From: Terriglobia bacterium
GTDB lineage: Bacteria; Acidobacteriota; Terriglobia; Versatilivoradales; Versatilivoraceae
Reading direction: 5' to 3'
Assembly (NCBI GenBank): GCA_035541995.1
Contig: DATKMG010000695.1
Span: 1 to 46,817 of the forward strand
Length of the DNA stretch: 46,817 nucleotides
Shown here: positions 18,488 to 28,039 of the stretch, in pieces
Numbering within the stretch: position 1 is the first letter of the stretch
Layout: each line of letters starts with the position of its first letter
Program-made: the position numbers and the translations under genes
The notes under the pieces: generated by a model
Databases searched by the model: none
Told to the model about the DNA's origin: nothing
Seen by the model: only the letters and a program-made list of their open reading frames with translations

Positions 18488-21202
18488 TCACGGGAGGAGG
18501 CCGGCGGCCTGCGCCCAGCCAAGGATGATGTGCAGCTCGGTATTCGCGTCGGCTGGCGGCTCTTCGGCTGCCAGCAGCCGGCCGTCAGGCGCCACGTCGA
18601 ACTCAGTGTGGTCGGCTTCGCCCCGTGCCGTGCCGGCATCGGAGACGAGCACGCGCGGCGGCGAGAGCAGCAGCGTCTGCTGGGCTTGCACAGCGACACT
18701 CATGAAGTCGCGGGATGCGGTGGAGCGGTAGACGATCTCGCCACCCCGCGGGTGCCAGACAGGCTCGGCACCGCCCGCCACCGAGATCTGAACCTTGTGT
18801 CCCAGATCCGGAAACGCCTGCGAGTAGACCTCGTTGCGCCCGGATTCGTCGGAAACGTAGACGATCCAGCGGCCATCGGGAGAGACGCGCGGGCTGGTTT
18901 CGTTGAAGGAACCCGTCAGAAGCGGTTTTGCCGACGGCTTGGGGCCGAGGGAAATCAGGACTACGTCCCAACCTGTCTTCGGGTCGTCCACGGTTATCAG
19001 GATGCCCTTGCCGTCCGGAGTCCAGGAGGCGGCATGAAAATGCGGGCCGCCCGAGACCCAGAGCCTTTCCTCGTCTCCCGAACCGTCGCTGCGACGCCGA
19101 TAGAGCGCACGCCCTTCCCCGGCCCGCGACGAGGCCCACGCGATCCAGGCCCCGTCCGGTGACCACACCGCCGTCTCGTCCTCGCCTGCTCCGAACGAGA
19201 ACCGCGACACAGCACCGCGCCGAAGGTCGACGCTCCACACGTCGGGGTCGGCCTTGCCGCCGCTTATTGCGTTGACGGCAACGCGTGTGCCATCGGGCGA
19301 GAGGCGCGGATCGGCGCAAATGACCTCGCGGGTGGCCACCCGGGTTCTTGTCCCTGCTCGGTCGATCCACACGAGTCCTTGCGTTATCGACGCACCGAGG
19401 TTCCGCGCGCCCTCGGTTGTTGTGCCACCCATGAAGATCAGCGAACCGCTGGCGGAAACGTCCAGTGTCGTCGGCATTGGCCCCGCGTTGAGTCCGTCGG
19501 TAGGGAGCGCAGCCGGCGCGCCGGAGAAGGTGAGCCGCGCAGGGTCGAGCCCAGCGGCCACGAGCCGTCCGTTTTCCACCCAGATGATGCTTTGACCGAC
19601 GGCGCGGGCCAAGTGGGTATCCTGCGCCAGGATTCGCCGCTGGCCTGTTTCCAGAGACTGAACTGCCAAGGCCGGACGCGTTCCAACGACCTCCAGGAGC
19701 ACCAGCCGGCCGCCGGGCAGGGCCCGTGGACTCACCACGGCCTGGGTCGCCTGCTCAGGTCTTCCGGCGACCGGAGTCGGCCGGCCTCCAGCCTCCGGAA
19801 GCTCGTAGATCACCCCGGGCTGGTCGGGATCGAAGCGAGTGAGCAGGATCCTGCCGTTGTCTGCCCAGGTCGGCTGAAGGTACCGAAAGTTCCCCTCAAT
19901 CAGAGTCGTGGCGGTGCCACCCTCGATGGGGACCTTCTTCAGGGCGTGGATGTCGGAGACGTAGGCGATCCAGCGCCCGTCCGGCGAGAAGATGGGATGG
20001 TCCGGCGCGCCCTCGGTACCGGCGAGTGGCTTGGCAGCCGCCTCGTGCAACGAACGGACGAAGATCATCTGGCTCGCGGCCCCCGGCAAGCGACCCACGA
20101 AAGCAACCCGCAGCCCGTCTGGCGAGATCACGGCGCCTGTCGGGGCGATCTCGCTGGGCTCGGCAGACAGCGAGAAGTGCAGCGGGCCTAAAGGAGTCGA
20201 GCCCGATCGGCTCGAGGGGCCGCGAACCGCCTGGGTGACCGCGACGGCGAGAGCGAGCGCGGCCATGACCCAGGCCAGGCGCTCCCGTGTGGTCGCCCGG
20301 ACACTCGCGGCTGGCTCAGGGCTCCAGTGGGCCCCGACCGGGTCAGCGAGCAGAACGACGGCCTCGCCGATGTCCCGCAGGCGCTTCTTGGGATCGCGGT
20401 CTAGACAGCGCCCGAGGAGGCGCCGTACGGCGGCTGGGGTGCGTGCAGGCAAGGCCGTCCAGTCCAGCTCGCGCATCAGCACCGCAGCCAGAACGTCACT
20501 CACTGTCTCGCCTCCGAAGAGGCGCATCCCGGTCAGCATCTCGTAGAGCACCACGCCGAAGGCCCAGATGTCGGCACGGCGATCGACAATCTTGCCGCGC
20601 GCCTGCTCGGGACTCATATAGGCTGCCGTGCCCAAAATCACTCCGGGGCGACTCATCTGATCGGTCAGCGTGGGCGACTGTGTCAACCCGGCCCCCGATA
20701 CCTGACCCCCGCCTCCTTCTCCTTCCAGGGCCTTGGCCAGCCCGAAATCGAGCACCTTCACCACGCCTTCAGCAGTGATCTTTACGTTGGCCGGTTTCAG
20801 ATCGCGGTGGATGATCCCCTTTTCGTGTGCTCCCTCCAGGGATTCGGCCATCTGTTTCGCGATCGGCAGGGCCTCATCGAGTGGAATCGGCCCCTGCGTG
20901 ATCCGCTCCGCTAGCGTGGGTCCTTCCACCAATTCCATTACCAGTGCCCGCACTCCACCGGATTCTTCCAGACCGTAGATCGAGGCAATGTTGGGGTGGT
21001 TCAACGATGCCAGCACCTGCGCCTCACGCTGGAATCGCGCCATCCGCTCGGCATCATTGGCAAACGCCGCAGGCAGCACCTTCAGCGCCACGTCACGGTT
21101 CAGCTTGGTGTCGCGAGCACGATAGACTTCGCCCATCCCGCCCGCACCAATGGGCGAAACAACCACATACGATCCAAGCTTGGTTCCTGCTGCCAGCGTC
21201 AT
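18488..21202 (-). CDS. Receptor Ser/Thr protein kinase with one TM and a periplasmic PD40/TolB-type beta-propeller (kinase 1)
   Basis: Kinase motifs are GAGGMGEVYRA, VALKVL, HRDLKPANV, DFGLAK and AAYMSPEQ. The TM segment is LAWVMAALALAVAVTQAV. PD40 motifs repeat (SPDGRWIAYVSD, SPDGTRVAV, WSPDGAWIAWAS, VSPDGRWIVYVSDESGRNEVY). ATG 21202 matches the kinase-2 N-terminus. Confidence 0.85.
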   Translation of the reverse strand: MTLAAGTKLGSYVVVSPIGAGGMGEVYRARDTKLNRDVALKVLPAAFANDAERMARFQREAQVLASLNHPNIASIYGLEESGGVRALVMELVEGPTLAERITQGPIPLDEALPIAKQMAESLEGAHEKGIIHRDLKPANVKITAEGVVKVLDFGLAKALEGEGGGGQVSGAGLTQSPTLTDQMSRPGVILGTAAYMSPEQARGKIVDRRADIWAFGVVLYEMLTGMRLFGGETVSDVLAAVLMRELDWTALPARTPAAVRRLLGRCLDRDPKKRLRDIGEAVVLLADPVGAHWSPEPAASVRATTRERLAWVMAALALAVAVTQAVRGPSSRSGSTPLGPLHFSLSAEPSEIAPTGAVISPDGLRVAFVGRLPGAASQMIFVRSLHEAAAKPLAGTEGAPDHPIFSPDGRWIAYVSDIHALKKVPIEGGTATTLIEGNFRYLQPTWADNGRILLTRFDPDQPGVIYELPEAGGRPTPVAGRPEQATQAVVSPRALPGGRLVLLEVVGTRPALAVQSLETGQRRILAQDTHLARAVGQSIIWVENGRLVAAGLDPARLTFSGAPAALPTDGLNAGPMPTTLDVSASGSLIFMGGTTTEGARNLGASITQGLVWIDRAGTRTRVATREVICADPRLSPDGTRVAVNAISGGKADPDVWSVDLRRGAVSRFSFGAGEDETAVWSPDGAWIAWASSRAGEGRALYRRRSDGSGDEERLWVSGGPHFHAASWTPDGKGILITVDDPKTGWDVVLISLGPKPSAKPLLTGSFNETSPRVSPDGRWIVYVSDESGRNEVYSQAFPDLGHKVQISVAGGAEPVWHPRGGEIVYRSTASRDFMSVAVQAQQTLLLSPPRVLVSDAGTARGEADHTEFDVAPDGRLLAAEEPPADANTELHIILGWAQAAGLLP

Positions 21203-21232
21203 TTCAAATCCATAATCGGGAATCCAAATCAC

Positions 21233-23953
21233 TCATTGTTTATTGGGTAGGCGTGCTGTCCAGTTCACCACCAGGGTCAGGGGGTTGTTCTGCACGTTGG
21301 CGGTGTTGATCACAAACTTCTTCCCGTCCGGCGTGACGTCGTAAGGGGAAAAGAATGCCGCCACCGTTGTCCTGAAGAGCGGCTGGACCCTCTGCACTTC
21401 AATGCTATTGCCACGCTCCTCGACTCCGACTGCCATCATCTGGTTGTCGGGCGAGAGGTAGAAGATTTCCTTCCCGTCCCTCCGCCATCTGGGGGAATGA
21501 CCTCCGCTGGCCGAAATTTGCCATCTGCCGCCCGCGCTGGCGTTGGCGGATCCGGAGCCCGCGTCCAAGACCTTGGCGGCATCAAACGGAACCACGTAGA
21601 CCTCCTCTCTGCCTGACTCCTTGGAGGTATAAGCCACCCACCGTGCGTCGGGCGAGAACTGACCATCATAAGCTGCCGCTGGCGCTTGCACAAAGGGGCG
21701 GGGCTTGTGGTCGCCGGCGAGTGGCAGGACCCAGATATCGTCTTGCGTCAGGCTGTATAAATCTCCGCGCGAGTAGAGGATAAATCTGCCATCGCTGGAC
21801 CAGCTCGTAGGACATACTTGGGTATCAGATGGCTCCGAAGCCAGCAGAAGCTGCTCAGCGCCTGCCCCGTTGGAAGGTTTCTGGTAAATGCCCTTGCGAG
21901 CCTTGCCTGTCAGTGCACCGAAAAGGATCCGGCTCCCGTCCGGTGACCAGACCGGATAGCCGTGGTCTGTGTCGGGATCGAACGTCAGGCGCATCCCGAC
22001 CCCCCGCGCCAAATCGTCCACCCAGATTTCGCTGTTCGGATCACCTGCATTGAATGCCAGCTTTCGCCCATCCGGCGATAAGCGTAAGTCGCAATAGGCG
22101 CCCATTTCGCCGATGAAGTCCAATTCTTTTCCGGCGCGGTCAAACCACCTCAAGCGTCTCCCTCCAGCTCTCCCGACCCCCTGCTGATAGATCAGCAGGC
22201 CGTTTTCGGATGCATCATAGAAGGCGTGGCCGATTTCATTTTCCACGACCCGTTCTGCGACTGGATGGGGGTCCCCCTTGAGCTGCCCTCGCTCCGGGTC
22301 GAAAGCTTGCTCCATCAGGGTGTTGCCCCGATGGTAAAGCAACAACCCTGAGGCATATACGGCGTTGCCGCCTCCCCTTATCAGGAGTCGATTCTCCTTG
22401 CCGTCCAGCAAGGCGAAATATATCCCACCCAATGCGGGATCAGCAGCACCTGCTGCATAGAGGAAGTGCTTTCCATCGGGCAGGAATCTCGGCGATCCGC
22501 AACCCAAGTATTTGGACGCATCCAGCTCAATGACCGGAACCGGGGCGCCACCTGAGGCTGCCAGCCTGTTCAGACTTATACCCAACGCAAACAGGATAGT
22601 TCCGTCGCGGTTCCAGCTTCCTCCTCCAGAATCAGGGGCATCGGCCACAACGACAGCCGGTCCGCCTGATGCCTCAATGGTTTTAAGCTTCCCGTCGGCA
22701 AAAAAACCGAGTGCCCGGCTGTCCGCCGACCAGAACAGATTAGCCGCCCCTTCCGCTCCCGCCAGAGGCTGGGCGGTCTGTGAGTCCAGGGACCGGACCC
22801 ATAGCATCTTCTTTCCACTGGAATCCACAGCCGAGAAGGCTAGAGCGTGTCCATCGGGAGAGATGACCGGCGGGCCGCCTGAAGGCCCGGTGAAGTCGAA
22901 CTGAGTATTCTCGGGCGGCAAGATTTCGGCAACTATCGCAGGGGCCGAGTACCGAGACAGCCGCAGGTAAGCGAAAGTCCCCGCGATAGTCCCTATTAGG
23001 AAAACTACGACCAGCCCCCAAGCTAATTGTTCACGCCACCGCCTCGCAGTGACGGGACTCACCCTCACGGCTTCTGCTTCGGCTGCTTCCGTCGGGGCCG
23101 ACAGGTACTCTTCGATCTCGATCCGAGCCTCGCCGATAGCTTGCAGCCGTTTTTTCCGATCCTTCTCCAGGCAGCGCCGCAGCAACTTCCGGATGCTGGC
23201 GGGAACTGAAACCGCCAACACACTCATGTCCGGTTCGCTTTTCAGCACCGCCGCCAAGGTATCGCTTACCGTCTCGCAGCCGAACATCGGCTTCCCCGTC
23301 AGCATCTCGTAAAGCACGACGCCGAAGGCCCAGATGTCGGCGCGTCTGTCTGCCACCTGCCCTCTCGCCTGTTCCGGAGCCATATAGGCCGCCGTGCCCA
23401 TGATCACCCCCGCTTGCGTGGCTGCCATGGTGAGCGTCGGAGAACTTGCCGGATCGCCTGCCTGCACGGTACCTTCTGCCGCCTTCGCCAGTCCGAAGTC
23501 CAGGATCTTCACAATACCCTCGGGGGTGATCTTCACGTTGGCAGGCTTCAGGTCGCGGTGCATGATCCCGTGCTCATGCGCATATTCCAGCGCCTCGGCC
23601 ATTTGTTTCGCGATTTGCAGGGCTTCATCCAGGGGCATCGCGCCCGACTTCAGGTGCTCCGCCAGCGTCGGTCCTTCTACTAACTCCATCACCAGGGCAC
23701 GCACCCCGCCCGACTCCTCAACGCCATAGATCGAAGCGATGTTCGGATGGTTCAGCGCGGCCAGCATCTCGGCTTCGCGCTGGAAGCGCGCCATCCGCTC
23801 GGCATCGTTGGCAAACGCCGCAGGCAGGACTTTCACCGCCACGTCGCGGTTCAGCTTGGTGTCGCGGGCACGATAGACTTCGCCCATTCCACCGGCACCC
23901 AGCGGTGCCACGATCTCATACGGTCCGAGTTTAGTTCCTGTAGTCAGCGTCAT
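21233..23953 (-). CDS. Receptor Ser/Thr protein kinase with one TM and a PD40/TolB-type beta-propeller (kinase 2)
   Basis: It has the same kinase motifs (HRDLKPANVKI, DFGLAKA, AAYMAPEQ), a TM segment LAWGLVVVFLIGTIAGTFAYL, and PD40 motifs (SPDGHALAF, SPDGRKLAF, WSPDGSRILF, FSPDARWVAYTSKESGREEVY). ATG 23953 (MTLTTGTKLG) is preferred; the ORF-track N-terminal extension runs through a repeat block. Confidence 0.85.
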   Translation of the reverse strand: MTLTTGTKLGPYEIVAPLGAGGMGEVYRARDTKLNRDVAVKVLPAAFANDAERMARFQREAEMLAALNHPNIASIYGVEESGGVRALVMELVEGPTLAEHLKSGAMPLDEALQIAKQMAEALEYAHEHGIMHRDLKPANVKITPEGIVKILDFGLAKAAEGTVQAGDPASSPTLTMAATQAGVIMGTAAYMAPEQARGQVADRRADIWAFGVVLYEMLTGKPMFGCETVSDTLAAVLKSEPDMSVLAVSVPASIRKLLRRCLEKDRKKRLQAIGEARIEIEEYLSAPTEAAEAEAVRVSPVTARRWREQLAWGLVVVFLIGTIAGTFAYLRLSRYSAPAIVAEILPPENTQFDFTGPSGGPPVISPDGHALAFSAVDSSGKKMLWVRSLDSQTAQPLAGAEGAANLFWSADSRALGFFADGKLKTIEASGGPAVVVADAPDSGGGSWNRDGTILFALGISLNRLAASGGAPVPVIELDASKYLGCGSPRFLPDGKHFLYAAGAADPALGGIYFALLDGKENRLLIRGGGNAVYASGLLLYHRGNTLMEQAFDPERGQLKGDPHPVAERVVENEIGHAFYDASENGLLIYQQGVGRAGGRRLRWFDRAGKELDFIGEMGAYCDLRLSPDGRKLAFNAGDPNSEIWVDDLARGVGMRLTFDPDTDHGYPVWSPDGSRILFGALTGKARKGIYQKPSNGAGAEQLLLASEPSDTQVCPTSWSSDGRFILYSRGDLYSLTQDDIWVLPLAGDHKPRPFVQAPAAAYDGQFSPDARWVAYTSKESGREEVYVVPFDAAKVLDAGSGSANASAGGRWQISASGGHSPRWRRDGKEIFYLSPDNQMMAVGVEERGNSIEVQRVQPLFRTTVAAFFSPYDVTPDGKKFVINTANVQNNPLTLVVNWTARLPNKQ

Positions 23954-23973
23954 CTCAAATCCCAAATCAAAAA

Positions 23974-24208
23974 GGTTGTGGAGTGCGGGAGCTTGCTTTC
24001 GCTTTCTCCCCCTTGCCAATCCTCCACAGCGGCAGCTTGCTGCCGCCCCTATCTTTCCTGCCGAATTAGGGAATGCCCAGTGCAGGCTCAACGCCAAGAG
24101 CCTGCGGCAGACCGGCGCTCTCTAAAGAGAACGTCCGAATGTCCAAAATCCATGCCGCCAGCCAGCTGGCGGCTACCAAAGCGGGAGCAAGCTCCCGCAC
24201 CCAAAACC
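23974..24208. repeat. Hairpin-repeat block bracketed by two inverted copies of a ~32-nt palindromic unit (MITE/REP-like)
   Basis: The left unit is ggttgtggagtgcgggagcttgctttcgcttt (23974-24005). It aligns with the reverse complement of accaaagcgggagcaagctcccgcacccaaaacc (24175-24208) at about 29 of 32 positions. Internal hairpins are gcggcagc-ttgc-tgccgc, gcaggctc-N8-gagcctgc and gccgccagc-ca-gctggcggc. Confidence 0.5.
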
Positions 24209-24300
24209 AGCCGGGTCTCTTCGGCCCTGCAAACCACGCCCATGCCGCCACCGCTCAGCTTTCCGATGACTCTGTAATGGGAAATTGTTTTGCCGATCAT
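24209..24300 (-). pseudogene. 5' remnant (~29 codons) of a fourth kinase gene of the kinase-3 subtype
   Basis: [31 protein letters not shown] parallels the kinase-3 N-terminus [31 protein letters not shown]. Similarity stops exactly at the outer edge of the repeat block, and the rest of that ORF reads through the repeats. Confidence 0.6.
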
Positions 24301-24413
24301 GGATCATATCAACAATCCGGTGTCAGCTTTCCGCCCCTGGCGAGGACAAGCCAGGTGACCATTGTCGGGTGGGACCAGGCTTCTTTTGCCGTCCGCCGTC
24401 TGCCCTCTGTTCC

Positions 24414-27131
24414 TCATGGCGCTTCCCAGTCGAGGGCATAGATTTCCTGAGTGCCGTTGTCCCGCAATACCAGTGGGGAATCGTCCGGGGCGAGACCCAC
24501 CCAGGGACCGTAGGTGCCGGCTCCAGGCAGGCCCTTCAAACTCACTACCTTTTCGACTCCTCTGTCACTTATGCGAATTCGAAGGATGAACGGCTCTTGC
24601 GTTGACAGGAGATTGAAGTAAACGAATTTCCCATCGCGCGACCAACTCGGATAACCGACGCTCAGGCTGGCCAATTCCGTCCATTTCTGAGTCCGGAAGT
24701 CAAAAAGCATCACCTTCTGGGAATCGGGCGGCATCGCGACAACGTAATGCCCATCCGGTGACCAGCGCGGGGAGAAAAATCCCTTGGACCCTGGAAGTTC
24801 TGAGACTTGGTGCGTTTTTAAGTCGAGCAAACGAATGGGGGGGGTGCCAGAAGATGTCAGCGGTCCAGTCCCCAGCCGTCCAAAGATCAGCCGATTGCCG
24901 TCCGGAGACCAGCCCACGTCTCCGACGTCATCCGTGCCGCCTTCCAACCTTTCAGGAGTCCCCCCTTCGGCCGACACAACATAAATGTTCCAACGAGGCT
25001 GCTCGTGGGTTTGGCCCGAAAAGACGATCTGTTTTCCATCCGGCGACCAGCGGGGTAATACAGCGTTCATGGAAGGGGGGCTAAGCTGAAGTCTTTCACT
25101 CCCGTCCACTTTGCTCCGCCAAAGAGATAGATCCGGGTAGGTGCTGTAGGTCACCCATTGTCCATCCCGCGAGAAGTCCAGCCCCTCGGCGGAGACTCCG
25201 GGAAGAAACGACACGAACTGCTTGGCCTTTGCATCATAACGCTGAAGTTCACCCCGCGACTGAAGACCGACCACAAAAAGCCTCTTGCCGTCCCGGCTTG
25301 GAACCGGCGCGAGCGTGTCTAATTGTCCTGCGGTTAATTGTACGGGTTCTCGACTGGCTCTCTCGAATATGCCCTGTCTTTCGCGACGGGCCCAGATGTT
25401 GGTCTTCCCATTCACCAGGGATTGAAAAATGAAATACCCTCCATCGGGGGTCCAATTGCCACAGCATTCGCTGGCCGGATTGTGCCAGCCCGGCAGGAGG
25501 GGAGCCAAATGAGTTCCGTCGGCTAAAACCTCCCACAGCGCGGTTGAGTTGGTCTTAGGGTCAGAAATGGATAGGCGTAAGACTTTGCCGTCGGGTGACC
25601 AGCGAGGCGAGAAGGGTCTACCGGGCAGGGTGACGAGCTTGCGCGAATCAGTGCCATCTTTTCGGGCGAGGAATAGGTCCTGCCCATTGGCGTAGACAAT
25701 CTTCTCTCCGTCGGGAGACCAGGTCCCATCGTGCCCAATCACGTTGCCCAATCGGTGTGGCGATCCGGCTGGGATCGGCAAAATGATGAGCTGGCCCTCG
25801 GATGCCGTACCTGGAGCGGCATTGATAAGAAGCTCTGATCCGGAGGGAGAGATGTCCAGTAGATACGGGTATTCAACAGGCAGGGGGATAGGAGCAATCT
25901 CGCCTCCGGCGGTTGATACTTGTGCCAAGACCGAACCGCCGGCCGCGTTCCGATTGAAATACAGCCGTGAGCCGTCAGTAACAAGGGAAAAAGCCCCTGC
26001 GCCACGGGTTAGCTGGATGAAACCCGAAACTTTGGGATGCGGTATCGGGCGAGTGGCCAGGTAGGCGAGAATGGCAGCCGCAAAGATGACGACAGCGGTT
26101 ACAGCTGCCGTCCATCGCAGCCAGGACCTATGAAGTACTGGTCTCTGATCCCATGAGAGGGCCGGGTTTGGAAGGGCGGGCATGGCCGGCAAGGTGGCAG
26201 CAGCATTCCGTCCGGAATCGGTGTCGCGCTTCAACCGCTTTAAGTCGGTGCGCAGATCAGATGCGCTCTGGCAACGCAAATCACGATCTTTCTCTAGGGC
26301 CTTATTAATGATCTCTTCGAGTTTGGCTGGCACTTCAGGATTCAGACGAATCGGTGCCGTAGGCGCTTTGGTGAGAATCCCTTCAAAGACCGCTGCCGAA
26401 GTGCGGCCCGGAAAAGGGAGATGACCGGTGGCCATCTCATAGAGCACCACGCCAAAGCTGAACAGATCGGTGCGAGCGTCGAGTTCCTCGCCACGCGCCT
26501 GCTCCGGCGACATATAAGCCACTGTCCCCATGGCCGTTCCCGGGCTGGTCAAATCTGCTTCGGAAGCGGCAATGGTCGGCATTGCCGTGGCCCCCATGCC
26601 TTTAGCTGCGGGCTGGGAGTGCGGCGCCAGCTTGGCCAGGCCGAAGTCCAGGATCTTGGCCTGCCCCCGTAGGGTGACGAAGATGTTGGCCGGCTTGATG
26701 TCCCGATGCACAATGCCCTTTGAGTGGGCGGCATCCAGCGCGTCGGCAATCTGGATGCCCAGCTCCAGGATTTCGTCAATCTGTAGGGGCGAGGCGGTGC
26801 CTCGCCCTGGGCGACCAGCCGGGTCGCCCCTACCCGCAATCCGGTGCTTGAGCGTCTGCCCTTCCAGAAACTGCATGGCGATAAAGGGCAGACCCTCATG
26901 TTCGCCGATGTCGTAGATGGTGCAAATGTGGGGATGGTCCAGAGACGAAGCAGCACGCGCTTCCCTCTGAAAGCGTTCCAGAGCTTGACGGTCTTTATTC
27001 AGCTCTTGGGGCAGGAACTTCAGGGCCACAAAACGCCCCAGCCGGGTGTCTTCAGCTTTGTAGACCACGCCCATGCCGCCGCCACCTAATTTCTCGATAA
27101 TTCGATAGTGTGAAATTGTCTTGCCGAGCAT
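24414..27131 (-). CDS. Receptor Ser/Thr protein kinase with one TM and a PD40/TolB-type beta-propeller (kinase 3, different subtype)
   Basis: Kinase motifs are [35 protein letters not shown] and VAYMSPEQ. The TM segment is [24 protein letters not shown]40 motifs are [42 protein letters not shown] and [10 protein letters not shown]. Confidence 0.85.
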   Translation of the reverse strand: MLGKTISHYRIIEKLGGGGMGVVYKAEDTRLGRFVALKFLPQELNKDRQALERFQREARAASSLDHPHICTIYDIGEHEGLPFIAMQFLEGQTLKHRIAGRGDPAGRPGRGTASPLQIDEILELGIQIADALDAAHSKGIVHRDIKPANIFVTLRGQAKILDFGLAKLAPHSQPAAKGMGATAMPTIAASEADLTSPGTAMGTVAYMSPEQARGEELDARTDLFSFGVVLYEMATGHLPFPGRTSAAVFEGILTKAPTAPIRLNPEVPAKLEEIINKALEKDRDLRCQSASDLRTDLKRLKRDTDSGRNAAATLPAMPALPNPALSWDQRPVLHRSWLRWTAAVTAVVIFAAAILAYLATRPIPHPKVSGFIQLTRGAGAFSLVTDGSRLYFNRNAAGGSVLAQVSTAGGEIAPIPLPVEYPYLLDISPSGSELLINAAPGTASEGQLIILPIPAGSPHRLGNVIGHDGTWSPDGEKIVYANGQDLFLARKDGTDSRKLVTLPGRPFSPRWSPDGKVLRLSISDPKTNSTALWEVLADGTHLAPLLPGWHNPASECCGNWTPDGGYFIFQSLVNGKTNIWARRERQGIFERASREPVQLTAGQLDTLAPVPSRDGKRLFVVGLQSRGELQRYDAKAKQFVSFLPGVSAEGLDFSRDGQWVTYSTYPDLSLWRSKVDGSERLQLSPPSMNAVLPRWSPDGKQIVFSGQTHEQPRWNIYVVSAEGGTPERLEGGTDDVGDVGWSPDGNRLIFGRLGTGPLTSSGTPPIRLLDLKTHQVSELPGSKGFFSPRWSPDGHYVVAMPPDSQKVMLFDFRTQKWTELASLSVGYPSWSRDGKFVYFNLLSTQEPFILRIRISDRGVEKVVSLKGLPGAGTYGPWVGLAPDDSPLVLRDNGTQEIYALDWEAP

Positions 27132-27272
27132 GATTCGTATCCGCTATCAGCCATCAGCTTTCAGCCGTCCAGCCAAACATGCGCAGGTTGGAAGAGTCTT
27201 TGGCCGTGGTGCACTTGAAGAAGATTATGCAACAATCCCATAGCCCGGGAGCATCGCTTTTCGATCGCAAAG

Positions 27273-27628
27273 TCAATTTCTTTTTTGACGACGACCCGGC
27301 TTTGCGATGGTCCTCTTCATAACCTCCGCCGCGTCGGCATCTTCGACCACTGGAGTGACAACGAACTCCAGTAAATCGTCCCATCTAGCCGTCCACTCAT
27401 ACATGGCCCTGGTGTCACTGGTTTCTGCCAGGACGTATCCCAGATTCGAACCGTGCCAACGTCCCAGGATTTTTCCCCCTCCGGCGGTCCGCCACCCGTT
27501 TGCAGAAATCGGGCAGTTGCCTCTTTGCGGTGAATTGGCTTCAGCGACCATTCGATGTCGAAAACCCTACCGCAGGGTGGGTCGAAAAACGCTTGCAGGA
27601 ACAACCCCTTCATCTTGTGAACCGGCAC
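27273..27628 (-). pseudogene. DUF3303-like small protein gene interrupted by a 1-nt frameshift in a G5A5 run
   Basis: The N-terminal half (FDIEWSLKPIHRKEATARFLQTGGGPPEG) lies in ORF 27317..27628. The C-terminal half (KILGRWHGSNLGYVLAETSDTRAMYEWTARWDDLLEFVVTPVVEDADAAEVMKR) lies in ORF 27273..27551. The frames switch at ttttt/ccccc, 27470-27479. Confidence 0.5.
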
Positions 27629-28039
27629 ATATTTGACTCAAAGGATGTGCCAACTCTATCTCAATCCCCGAGAAAAAACCATGCGATTGCGACGTTCCGG
27701 CAACTGGAACAGTTGAGCCGGAAATTCTGGAGAGCTTAGCAGGTGACCGGAGTCCCCCCGCTAAGGCGAGGATGACAGGGCACAGTGGAGTGCCGCTAAG
27801 TGATTGTGGTCACTCGTTCGGTCTTCCACCTGTGGACTGACCCTTTAGAGATCCAGAAATGGGGTTAGCTCCGAAACGCTGCGGAATCGTTTGATACAGG
27901 ACGCCGTTTCCATTACGATTCAAAGAAGCATGCGGTTTTTGCAGGGTAGTGCCGAAATAGACGAGCTACAATCAATAACCAGAAGAATCTTCTAATATGA
28001 GGACACCGAGGTACCAAGTAAGAGAGAGGAGATCCGTTC

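Noticed and set aside
18525-20778. Many long ORFs on both strands overlapping kinase 1 (for example 18603..19370 -, 18530..19162 +, 19379..20191 +, 19992..20546 +, 20287..20778 +).
   Set aside because: They are Arg/Pro/Ala/Gly-rich and show no motifs. They overlap a gene with clear kinase and PD40 motifs and are the expected by-product of 70-77% GC sequence, which has few stop codons in any frame.
23954-24097. A 48-codon N-terminal extension of kinase 2 in the ORF track (MALSLHWAFPNSAGK...).
   Set aside because: The extension reads through the hairpin-repeat block. The paralogous kinase 1 starts at the equivalent MTL..GTKLG methionine, and both share the same short leader.
24073-24605. Plus-strand ORFs 24073..24441, 24285..24605 and 24362..24589.
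   Set aside because: They cover the repeat block, the kinase remnant and the 3' end of kinase 3 in antisense. Their composition is low-complexity.
27444-27453. A tRNA T-loop-like GGTTCGAATC on the minus strand.
   Set aside because: No flanking T-stem, acceptor stem or anticodon arm can be drawn, and it lies inside the DUF3303-like coding sequence. I found no tRNA anywhere in the window.
27465-27485. Programmed ribosomal frameshifting as the explanation for the split DUF3303-like gene.
   Set aside because: I saw no downstream pseudoknot or hairpin, and no known precedent for this family. A homopolymer indel (sequencing error or mutation) is simpler. I kept it only as a minor alternative.
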